A stretch of 19,345 nucleotides of DNA from Candidatus Latescibacterota bacterium (GTDB lineage Bacteria; Latescibacterota; UBA2968), in the NCBI GenBank assembly GCA_038279365.1, contig JAYODI010000098.1:1-19345 (forward strand). The letters are read 5' to 3'. Below, piece after piece: positions 8,535-16,462 of the stretch (positions are counted from its first letter, which is position 1; each line of letters starts with the position of its first letter). The notes below the pieces were generated by a model. That model searched no databases, was not told the DNA's origin, and saw only the letters and a program-made list of their open reading frames with translations. A program made the position numbers and the translations under genes.

Positions 8535-8644
8535 AGTCCGCAGGACTTTTCTTATCGTAGCACCGAAATTTATTCCGGTGCGGTTGGTCGAGCAATGACC
8601 GAATTAATTTTTCAAGCCACATTGTTCTGGTGCGGTCGAGCAAT
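8535..8644. repeat. Degenerate REP/REPIN-like palindromic element
   Basis: AGTCC-GCA-GGACT hairpin (8535-8547); GTAG leading into palindrome GCACCGAAAT-TT-ATTCCGGTGC (8557-8581); degenerate inverted copy 8598-8620; direct repeat GGTCGAGCAAT at 8586 and 8634. Confidence 0.45.
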
Positions 8645-8659
8645 TTGTCGAATGTATTT

Positions 8660-9688
8660 TCAAAACCCATAAAAATCACGTGCATTATCGCACATGATTT
8701 TCTGTGTTTGCGTGTCTGATAAACCAAGTGGCAGTGTGTGGTCGTGATCGTGTGGGTAATCGCTGGCATAGACGATGAGGTCGTCGGAGCCGATTTGTTC
8801 GATGACTTGGAGGAGCGATTTGCTTTTGGGTGGTGCGTCGGTTGGGGTGAGGGAGAAGCGCAGGTGTTTGCGAATGTAGGTGGAGGGTGGTTGTGTGAGC
8901 CAAGGGACTTCGCGTCTGATGCCTTTCCAGTCTTTGTCGAAGCGCCACATAAGTGCGGGCAACCAGGTCCAGCCGCTTTCGAGTAAAATCATTTGTAAAT
9001 TTGGAAAGTGATTGAAAATGCCACCGCTGATGATGCTTAAAATTTGCGATTGGAAGACACTGGCCATGCCGGCGTATTCTTCAATGTAGAAGGTGGGCCA
9101 TCCTGTGGATGTGGCGGGTGTGCCAGGGACACCGCCAAAGTGAATGGCAATTTTGAGGTTGCAATCGCTGGCTGCTTGATAAATGGGGTGATAGTTGCGA
9201 TTGCCATACGGTAAAGGTGCGCGAACAGGGAGGATGACTTGCACAAATTCGGGGCGATTGCCTATGCGGCGAATTTCTTCGGCGGCGAGTTCGGGGTATT
9301 GAGGCGGAACGACAATGGATGCCCGTAGGCGTGGTTCTTGGTTGAGCCATTCGTTCAGTTGCCAATCGTTCACGGCTTGTGAGAGCGCAAGTGCGGCATC
9401 GGGATTGTGAATGCCATCTACGGCATAGAGGCAGTTGAGAATGCCGATATCGGTATTGGGTATATCCAGGGCTTGTTCACGGAGTGTTTCCAAGTTTGAT
9501 CCAGCAGATCCGCCCCCTTTGGGGTGGGTGCCTGATTGTGCGGTGACGTTTGCGCCAAGCGGATAATATTTGTCGGTGGCACCGGCAAAACCTGTGAGTT
9601 GGATTTGGTCTATCCAGTAGTCAGAGAGATAGGGATAGAGGGCTTTGGTGTTCGGCACAGTGTTGTGGATGTCGGTGTCAATTTTCAT
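8660..9688 (-). CDS. Amidohydrolase_2 family protein; candidate partner subunit of a dinuclear oxygenase (AibH1-like), 342 aa
   Basis: DTDIH, NDWQLNEWL..EPRLRASI, AIHFGG, GWPTFYIEEY, LLESG, ASDYPHDH. ATG at 9688 overlaps the GH95 3' end by 11 nt. Confidence 0.85.
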   Translation of the reverse strand: MKIDTDIHNTVPNTKALYPYLSDYWIDQIQLTGFAGATDKYYPLGANVTAQSGTHPKGGGSAGSNLETLREQALDIPNTDIGILNCLYAVDGIHNPDAALALSQAVNDWQLNEWLNQEPRLRASIVVPPQYPELAAEEIRRIGNRPEFVQVILPVRAPLPYGNRNYHPIYQAASDCNLKIAIHFGGVPGTPATSTGWPTFYIEEYAGMASVFQSQILSIISGGIFNHFPNLQMILLESGWTWLPALMWRFDKDWKGIRREVPWLTQPPSTYIRKHLRFSLTPTDAPPKSKSLLQVIEQIGSDDLIVYASDYPHDHDHTLPLGLSDTQTQKIMCDNARDFYGF

Positions 9689-11942
9689 TGTTGAGTGGAT
9701 GAATTTGAAGGTTGTGATCGATGACGTAGGCTTTTTTGGCATGGGTTTTAAATTTGAGAAATTTGTCGCGATAGCGCACGGTTTGCACACCTGTTTTGGT
9801 GGTGTAGAGGATGGCCTGAGTAAGGTGGCCTTTGTTCCACGTGATATCGAGTTCTATGCCACCACGCGCGCGTAGGCCTTCAATGTTGCCATTGGGCCAA
9901 GCAGAGGGCAATGCGGGTAAGAGGTGAATATCTCCGGTGTGATTTTGCAAGAGGAGTTCGGCCATACCTGCGGTTGCGCCAAAGTTGCCATCTATTTGGA
10001 AAGGGGGATGTGCGTCAAACAGATTGGGATAGGTGCCGCCGCCTTTCATTTGGGTGCTGGTTTCTCCTACAAGGCGCAGTTGGCGTTGGAGGAGGGTGTG
10101 AGCGCGGTCGCCATCGCGAAAACGCGCCCAAAAGTTGAGTTTCCATCCCATAGACCAGCCTGTGCCTTCGTCGGTGCGAAATTCGAGTGATTTTTTGGCG
10201 GCTTCAAAAAGGTCGGGTGTTTTTTCTGGCGTAATTTCTTTGCCGGGGTGTAGGCCCCACAAGTGTGACACGTGGCGATGTGTGTTTTCTGGGTCATCTA
10301 CATCTTCAAGCCATTCTTGCAATTGTCCCAAGCGACCAATTTGGTGGGGGGCAATGCGCTTTCGTTTGGCAATGAGGGTTTTGCAAAACTGGGTGTCGAT
10401 ACGCAAGGTGCGGCAAGCATCTATACAGTTGGTGAAGAGGTCGCGAATAATTTGATGATCCATCGTTGGGCCAGCAACCAATCCGCCGTTTTCGGGGGAG
10501 TTGGAAGGGGTACTGATGAGGTGACCCGTGCGTGGGTCTTCGATGAGTTGGTCCACAAAAAATTGTGCGGCCCCTTTCATGAGCGGATAGGCTTTGTTGC
10601 GTAAGAAGTCTCTGTCGCGGGTATATTCATAATGCCACCACAAATGTTGGCACAACCACGCGCCACCTGTGGGCCAAATGCCGTGGTTGCTGGCATTGAT
10701 GGGGGCACTGCCTCGCCAAATGTCTGTGTTGTGATGAAGCACCCACCCACGCGCACCATAGTGTGAGCGCGCGGTTTTTTGACCTGTGATGGCCACTTCT
10801 TCAAGCATATCAAAAAGAGGTTGGTGGCAGGGCGATAAGTTGCACGATTCGGCAGGCCAATAGTTCATTTCGGTATTGATGTTGACGGTCCACTTGCTGT
10901 CCCAAGGTGGTTCAAGGTGGTCGTTCCAGATGCCTTGGAGGTTGGCTGGCTGACTGCCTGCGCGCGATGAGGCGATGAGTAGGTAACGACCGTATTGGAA
11001 ATAAAGCGCTAAGAGGTGGGGGTCTGAACGTTCGGGCAATTTGGCAAGGCGTTGGTTGGTCGGCTCGTCAATGGGGTTGCCAAGATGAATGGACATCCGC
11101 CTAAATAAAGATTGATGGTCTTGGAGGTGTTCTTCGAGCAGGGAATCGAAGGTTTTGTTTTGTAAGGCGCGAATGGTTTGGCTGCAGCGTTTTGTGGGAT
11201 CTGTGGTGAGTTTTTTAAAGTCTTTAAAATTGGTGGCCGCTGTGAGGATGAGGGTAACTGCATCGGCATCTTGGATGTATAAAGCATCTTCGTTTGCGGC
11301 AATGTAGCCATTTTTGACACGTGTGAGTAACCGTGCTTCAAAAGCCATGGGGTTGCGGGCGACTTTTCCCGTAAGTGATATTTGCTCATCTTCGAGCACT
11401 TGGTGCTCAATGCGTGCGTGGGGGCTGTCGAGTGATGCTGTAAAGGTGAGTTGGTTGGGTTTGTTGGTCGATAGGTGTATGACAATGGCTTGCGCTGGGT
11501 TGCTGGCAAAGACCTGTCGGGTATAGATCACGTCATTGACCTGATAGGTGGTGGTGGCAATGCCTGTATCGAGATTGAGGTCGCGATAGTAGTTTGTAAT
11601 ATCTTCGTGATCGGCAAAGGACAAACGCAAATTGCCACAGGGTTGGTATGCCTTTTGACGTTTGGGATTGCCCATGAAATATTTGAAAGCGAGCTTTTCG
11701 GCTTGTTCTTGTTTGCCATCAAAGAGCAGTTGGCGAATTTGGGGGAGTTGCTTAACGGCACTTTTGCGATGGTAGTCATGGGGGCCACCCGTCCAGAGGG
11801 TGTCTTCATTAAATTGTATGCGTTCATTTTCCACCTGCCCAAAGACCATCGCGCCTAAACGACCACATCCAATGGGTAGGGCCTCTACCCATTGCTCGGC
11901 AGGTTTGGTGTACCAGAGTTTGAAATTGTCCCATTGGGTCAT
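9678..11942 (-). CDS. Glycoside hydrolase family 95 (alpha-1,2-L-fucosidase / alpha-L-galactosidase-like), no signal peptide
   Basis: KLWY..PA..WVEALPIG.GRLGAMVFG, NEDTLWTG, FQYGRYLLIASSR, ANLQGIWN, NINTEMNYW, SNSPEN, HRHVSHL and HPPFQIDGNFG, all hallmark GH95 motifs. Confidence 0.95.
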   Translation of the reverse strand: MTQWDNFKLWYTKPAEQWVEALPIGCGRLGAMVFGQVENERIQFNEDTLWTGGPHDYHRKSAVKQLPQIRQLLFDGKQEQAEKLAFKYFMGNPKRQKAYQPCGNLRLSFADHEDITNYYRDLNLDTGIATTTYQVNDVIYTRQVFASNPAQAIVIHLSTNKPNQLTFTASLDSPHARIEHQVLEDEQISLTGKVARNPMAFEARLLTRVKNGYIAANEDALYIQDADAVTLILTAATNFKDFKKLTTDPTKRCSQTIRALQNKTFDSLLEEHLQDHQSLFRRMSIHLGNPIDEPTNQRLAKLPERSDPHLLALYFQYGRYLLIASSRAGSQPANLQGIWNDHLEPPWDSKWTVNINTEMNYWPAESCNLSPCHQPLFDMLEEVAITGQKTARSHYGARGWVLHHNTDIWRGSAPINASNHGIWPTGGAWLCQHLWWHYEYTRDRDFLRNKAYPLMKGAAQFFVDQLIEDPRTGHLISTPSNSPENGGLVAGPTMDHQIIRDLFTNCIDACRTLRIDTQFCKTLIAKRKRIAPHQIGRLGQLQEWLEDVDDPENTHRHVSHLWGLHPGKEITPEKTPDLFEAAKKSLEFRTDEGTGWSMGWKLNFWARFRDGDRAHTLLQRQLRLVGETSTQMKGGGTYPNLFDAHPPFQIDGNFGATAGMAELLLQNHTGDIHLLPALPSAWPNGNIEGLRARGGIELDITWNKGHLTQAILYTTKTGVQTVRYRDKFLKFKTHAKKAYVIDHNLQIHPLNNEN

Positions 11943-11945
11943 GGT

Positions 11946-12749
11946 TTAGGTTCCTTGTTCGACATGAGTGGTTAAACCGCCGTCTACAACGAGGTTTTGA
12001 CCACTGATATATCCTGCTTCGTCAGAGGCCAAAAAGAGGGCCGCATATCCAATGTCTTCGGGATGGCCCGATTGCTTGAGGCGTGGGCGTGTGTCGGGTT
12101 GTGTGGGTGTGGTAGGTGGGGGGTGAGGTGCTTGTGTCACATTAGGATCATAAGCATAATTGGGTTCTAATTGGTCACTGTTTTTGCCCAATTGGGTGCG
12201 AATGGCACCGGGGCTGATGGTGTTGATGCGAATGTTTTGGTTGGCATATTCAAAGGCAGCCTGGCGTGTAAATCCAAACATACCGGCCTTGGATGTGGCA
12301 TATGCACTGTAATTTTTCCAAGCAAACATGCCTTGCACAGAGGCGATGTTGACAATAGATCCCCCCCCGCGTGTGATCATATGGGGGATGGCTTCGTGGC
12401 AAGTGCGGTAAATGCTGGACAGGTTGACATCTAATACGCGTTGCCAACGATGGGGCTCGGTGTTGGTAACTGTGCCAGTGATGTCAACGCCGGCATTGTT
12501 GATCAAAATATCGAGTCCACCAAAGTGTGTTATGGTTTGGGCGATGAGGTTGGCCACGGAGGTGTCACTGCTGACATCGGTCTCGATAAAAATGGCCTGA
12601 TCTGATTGAGATGAAAGTTGGATGCCCTTTTCAATGTCGCGGTCGGCTATGACCACGGAGGCTCCTTCTTTTAAGAAGATTTCGACGGTTGCACGCCCAA
12701 TGCCATTGGCACCACCAGTCACAATGGCCACTTTGTTTTGAAGTCTCAT
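11946..12749 (-). CDS. SDR family NAD(P)-dependent oxidoreductase
   Basis: TGGANGIG, NNAG, catalytic S and YATSK, SPG, VDGG. Asp at the end of beta-2 (IADRD) suggests NAD. GGAG RBS. Confidence 0.93.
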   Translation of the reverse strand: MRLQNKVAIVTGGANGIGRATVEIFLKEGASVVIADRDIEKGIQLSSQSDQAIFIETDVSSDTSVANLIAQTITHFGGLDILINNAGVDITGTVTNTEPHRWQRVLDVNLSSIYRTCHEAIPHMITRGGGSIVNIASVQGMFAWKNYSAYATSKAGMFGFTRQAAFEYANQNIRINTISPGAIRTQLGKNSDQLEPNYAYDPNVTQAPHPPPTTPTQPDTRPRLKQSGHPEDIGYAALFLASDEAGYISGQNLVVDGGLTTHVEQGT

Positions 12750-12767
12750 GAGTGTTCTCCAAAATAA

Positions 12768-12808
12768 AATATAGATTATACTTTGAATGTTGATCCAATA
12801 TAGAGTAT
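12768..12808 (-). promoter_or_regulatory. Possible internal promoter/operator upstream of the SDR-GH95-amidohydrolase genes
   Basis: AT-rich 71-bp spacer with a perfect TATAAT on the minus strand (12780-12775) and an 11/12 direct repeat AATATAGA(T/G)TAT at 12768 and 12797. No -35 match at 17 nt. Confidence 0.35.
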
Positions 12809-12820
12809 TGTATGTTCATA

Positions 12821-13825
12821 TTACGGCAGTGGTGCAGACACGGCAATAAGATCGTGACGATTGTAGTCGAAGGCAAAATGAATCTGTGACTCGTCAGCTT
12901 CAACAAAGCCATCTGGATATGAGAGCCGCCCCGGAAAATCTGTGATAAGGTGTTTGTAATCCCAAGTTTTCATATCGTTGTCGGATATCCAAAGAGACAG
13001 TGGGTTGCGCATCCGTGCATTTGAATTGGGGTTGTGTATGAGCACAATGCGTTCATCTTTTAAACGATGCAATCGAAATTTACTGCCGGGGTTTGGAATT
13101 TGGGTGCTTTGCCACGGCGTCCACGAATGACCTTGATCTGTCGATTCGGAAGATGAGAGACGGCCTGTGCCATCGGCCCGACAAAGCATGATCAGGCGTC
13201 CATCGCTTAATTCTGTGAGGTTGTTTTCATTCCAACCCGCTTGTGGGCCAATCAATTCTGACTTTTTCCACGTTTGGCCTTGGTCTTGGCTGATGAGTGT
13301 GCCGTTGAGGCCTTTTTTGTTGGAACCGTCTTTGAGGTGGGATGGAAATGGGTCTTCTTGCACGTCATAGGTTTGGAAGGGCAAATACCAAGTCCCCCAG
13401 GTGCTGATATAAAGGTTGCGCACAAAGGTGCGCCTGGGGAGCGGTTTAAAGGGTTTTGGAGCGGACCACGTGTGTCCATTGTCTGTGCTGGTGAGGGTGA
13501 AACATTGCCAGTCTTCAAAAAAGCCCAAATGTGAGTGACCAAAAATGGTGATGGTATTTTGGTGCACCATAACTTCTGAGAGCAAACAGCCCCGGTCTTC
13601 AAATTGAAGCAGTGTTTTGGGTGCCGACCATGTTTCTCCTTTGTCGGTTGAGCGGCAGATGGCAATGTGGTTTTCCCTTTCGGGTTCACTGTTGCCACCT
13701 GTCATAAAAATAATGGCCCATGATCCATCGGGCATTTGACGCAGGGCTTGGTCGCACACACAGTGGTTGCCTGGGGTGCCTTTATAGACGTGAACAAGGC
13801 GATCTTTTGGTTTGTGTAATGACAT
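12821..13825 (-). CDS. Sialidase-like BNR/Asp-box beta-propeller protein
   Basis: Asp-boxes STDKGETW, STDNGHTW, SQDQGQTW, STDQGHSW and SDNDMKTW; RNPL and SYP motifs. No obvious signal peptide. Confidence 0.85.
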   Translation of the reverse strand: MSLHKPKDRLVHVYKGTPGNHCVCDQALRQMPDGSWAIIFMTGGNSEPERENHIAICRSTDKGETWSAPKTLLQFEDRGCLLSEVMVHQNTITIFGHSHLGFFEDWQCFTLTSTDNGHTWSAPKPFKPLPRRTFVRNLYISTWGTWYLPFQTYDVQEDPFPSHLKDGSNKKGLNGTLISQDQGQTWKKSELIGPQAGWNENNLTELSDGRLIMLCRADGTGRLSSSESTDQGHSWTPWQSTQIPNPGSKFRLHRLKDERIVLIHNPNSNARMRNPLSLWISDNDMKTWDYKHLITDFPGRLSYPDGFVEADESQIHFAFDYNRHDLIAVSAPLP

Positions 13826-13947
13826 ATTGATCCTATGGATGATGCTTCAAGATTGTTCTTGTTCTATGAAAATGGAATGGATAAGTTGGTGTATGTGATC
13901 CGATGATTCCAATAACTCTTTTTTAAAATTTATGTGAGGATGTGCCG

Positions 13948-15630
13948 GTGCCACAATCTAAATTAGAACCCAAATTGCTCACGGTGATTAAAGAAGGTTA
14001 TTCTTCAACCCAGTTTCGTCAAGATGTGATTGCTGGCCTTATTGTGGGCATTGTGGCCTTGCCGTTGGCCATTGCATTTGCCATTGCTTCGGGGGTGAAA
14101 CCCGAGCAAGGGTTGTATACGGCGGTGATTGCTGGGTTTATTATTTCGGCATTGGGTGGCAGTCGGGTGCAAATTGGTGGTCCTACGGGTGCATTTATTG
14201 TGATCGTTTATGAAATTGTGCATCAATATGGCTACGAAGGTTTGGCTACGGCCACATTGATGGCAGGTATTTTGTTGGTGATTATGGGCATTGCGCGGTT
14301 GGGTGCGGTCATTCAATTTATTCCATACCCACTAACCATTGGCTTTACGGCTGGCATTGCATTAATTATTTCGGTTGCCCAAGCACGCGATTTTTTGGGC
14401 TTAAAAATGGCTACTGTACCTGGCGATTTTTTGGAAAAATGCGTGGCCTATTACGAACACCTTGACACGTGGAACCCCGAATCGCTGGGCATTGGAGTTT
14501 TTACTGTGCTGATTGTTTGGTTTTGGCCTCGTGTTACAAGGCGGGTACCTGGTTCTTTAATTGCCATTTTTGGCACCACAGCCCTTGTGCACAGTTTTGG
14601 TTTGTCGGTTGAAACCATTGGCAGTCGTTTTGGAGAGGTACCTTCTTCGCTGCCGATGCCCCATTTGCCCAATTTGGAATGGGAACATGTGAAACATCTT
14701 TTTTCTCCCGCACTGTCCATTGCTCTTTTGGGAGGCATCGAGTCTTTGCTGTCGGCGGTTGTGGCTGATGGCATGACGGGGCGCAGGCACCGTTCGAATA
14801 TGGAAATTATCGCACAAGGGGTGGCCAATATTGCGTCACCCATTTTTGGTGGCATACCCGCCACAGGTGCGATTGCGCGAACGGCTACAAACATCAAAAG
14901 TGGTGGGCGCACACCCATTGCGGGCATGGTACACGCCATCACGTTGTTGTTCATTATGGTTTTTGTTGGCAAGTGGGCCGCGCTTATTCCGTTGGCTACG
15001 TTGGCCGGTATTTTATTGGTGGTGGCTTATAATATGAGTGAGTGGCGTTTGTTTGTAAAATTGCTGCACAGTCCTAAAAGTGATGTGGCCATTATGCTCA
15101 ACAGTTTCTTTTTAACGGTTTTTGTTGATCTGACCATTGCCATTCAAGTAGGGGTGGTGCTGTCGGCTTTTTTGTTTATGCGGCGTATGTCTGAAGTGAC
15201 TCAAATTGGTTACAAAACATCGGTCTTGGAAGAAGAAGAGGATGATGTTTTTGATGCACAATCTATTGGGCGACGAACTCTGCCTGATGGTGTGGCGGTA
15301 TTTGAAGTGTATGGTTCGTTTTTCTTTGGTGCGGCAGAAAAGTTTAAAACGGCCATTACTCAAATTGAGAAACAACCGCGGGTGCTCATTTTGCGTTTGC
15401 GCCATGTGTTGGCCATTGACGCAACAGCGTTACATGCCATTGAAGGTTTATATGAGCGGATTCACCACGATGGTGGTGTTTTGTTGCTTTCGGGCATTCA
15501 TGCCCAACCATTGGTGGCGATTGAGCGCGCAGGTTTGTTTGATCTCATTGGTGAAGACAATATTGTGGCCAATATCGATTTGGCAATTAAGCGCGCCGAA
15601 GAATTTTTAGAAACGGCAGAACAGATATAG
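13948..15630 (+). CDS. SulP/SLC26 family anion transporter with STAS domain (DauA/YchM-like)
   Basis: DVIAGLIVGIVALPLAIAFAIASG, GGSRVQIGGPTGAF, ESLLSAVVADGM, TGAIARTATN, and C-terminal STAS (GSFFFG, IDATAL). GTG 13948 preferred because it lies 7 nt after GAGGA. Confidence 0.93.
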   Translation: MPQSKLEPKLLTVIKEGYSSTQFRQDVIAGLIVGIVALPLAIAFAIASGVKPEQGLYTAVIAGFIISALGGSRVQIGGPTGAFIVIVYEIVHQYGYEGLATATLMAGILLVIMGIARLGAVIQFIPYPLTIGFTAGIALIISVAQARDFLGLKMATVPGDFLEKCVAYYEHLDTWNPESLGIGVFTVLIVWFWPRVTRRVPGSLIAIFGTTALVHSFGLSVETIGSRFGEVPSSLPMPHLPNLEWEHVKHLFSPALSIALLGGIESLLSAVVADGMTGRRHRSNMEIIAQGVANIASPIFGGIPATGAIARTATNIKSGGRTPIAGMVHAITLLFIMVFVGKWAALIPLATLAGILLVVAYNMSEWRLFVKLLHSPKSDVAIMLNSFFLTVFVDLTIAIQVGVVLSAFLFMRRMSEVTQIGYKTSVLEEEEDDVFDAQSIGRRTLPDGVAVFEVYGSFFFGAAEKFKTAITQIEKQPRVLILRLRHVLAIDATALHAIEGLYERIHHDGGVLLLSGIHAQPLVAIERAGLFDLIGEDNIVANIDLAIKRAEEFLETAEQI

Positions 15631-15651
15631 CCTGATTTATAGGTCAAAATT

Positions 15652-15702
15652 AAAAACCGTATCTCCCGAGCAAATATACAAGCCTGAGGTGCGGTTTTTT
15701 TT
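15652..15702. terminator. Probable bidirectional terminator between convergent genes
   Basis: AAAAACCGTATCTC ... GAGGTGCGGTTTTTTTT inverted repeat (two G-U pairs on + RNA) with T and A tails, between two convergent stops. The loop is long, about 20 nt. Confidence 0.6.
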
Positions 15703-16222
15703 ATTCGAAAATCAAACGCGCATACCGCAAAAAAATGCCACCGCCGGGGCGACCAAAAGGGCCATTGACGGCTAAAACGGCAATAACGTGTGTGGTGTTG
15801 GGTTTGGCATTTTCGGTGACGCATACTTTTTGTGGGTAATTAAAACCAGAGACACACCCGCGTCCTGTTTCTCCAAAAGCTTTGTCACATTGGCCATCAA
15901 TCCAGATTTCGCCATAGTCATCCACACATGTTTCAAAGTAGACCGATTTGCCTGTTATAGTTTCGCCATCAATGGTTTCTGGCAAGGTGACCGACATGCG
16001 ATACCAACCAAAACAGAAGCCTTTGGAACGGCCTTTTTGAATGTCGTCAATAACGTCCCAGGTGCTGTCGTCATAATCGGCTAAGCGGGCAGGTGTTTCG
16101 GGAAGTTGGTTGACCAAACCGCCATTGGGAGCACCAGGGACCAAACCATCGGCATATCGCCACTTTGCTTGAAGCACGTTTTTGTGGTCAACATTTTCAA
16201 GGTCTAATGTGTGTTGGCCCAT
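15701..16222 (-). CDS. Hypothetical protein, standalone galactose-binding-like (GH2 N-terminal/CBM-like) beta-sandwich
   Basis: DYDDSTW, GWYRMSVTLP, VDDYGEIWIDG, IAVLAVN..GGI pattern typical of sugar-binding jelly-roll domains. GAGGA RBS. Confidence 0.65.
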   Translation of the reverse strand: MGQHTLDLENVDHKNVLQAKWRYADGLVPGAPNGGLVNQLPETPARLADYDDSTWDVIDDIQKGRSKGFCFGWYRMSVTLPETIDGETITGKSVYFETCVDDYGEIWIDGQCDKAFGETGRGCVSGFNYPQKVCVTENAKPNTTHVIAVLAVNGPFGRPGGGIFLRYARLIFE

Positions 16223-16233
16223 AATATCCTCTC

Positions 16234-16455
16234 TTAAAACCGTTGTTGGTTGTTGGATTGTGTTACGCCATTGATGGTTTTGACGCGCCCAACTTCACCC
16301 GATTCAAGGCGCACCTTAATGCCGTGTGGGTGTGTGGGGGCGTTGGTTAAGATGTCTTTGACAATACCTTCGGTGAGTGTGCCTGAACGTTGGTGGTGTT
16401 TTTGTACAATGGCCACTTTGAGGCCCGTTTTAATTTGGTTGCGTTGGGTGCCCAT
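16234..16455 (-). CDS. YwbE family protein (DUF2196)
   Basis: R..IKTGLKVAIVQK..QRSGTLTEGIVKDILTNAPTHPHGIKVRLESGEVGRVK matches the conserved YwbE signature. Confidence 0.88.
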   Translation of the reverse strand: MGTQRNQIKTGLKVAIVQKHHQRSGTLTEGIVKDILTNAPTHPHGIKVRLESGEVGRVKTINGVTQSNNQQRF

Positions 16456-16462
16456 ATTGCTT

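Noticed and set aside
8533-8769. 78-aa minus-strand ORF in the amidohydrolase spacer, checked as a possible ferredoxin
   Set aside because: No Rieske or ferredoxin cysteine motif; it overlaps the upstream gene and runs through palindromic repeats.
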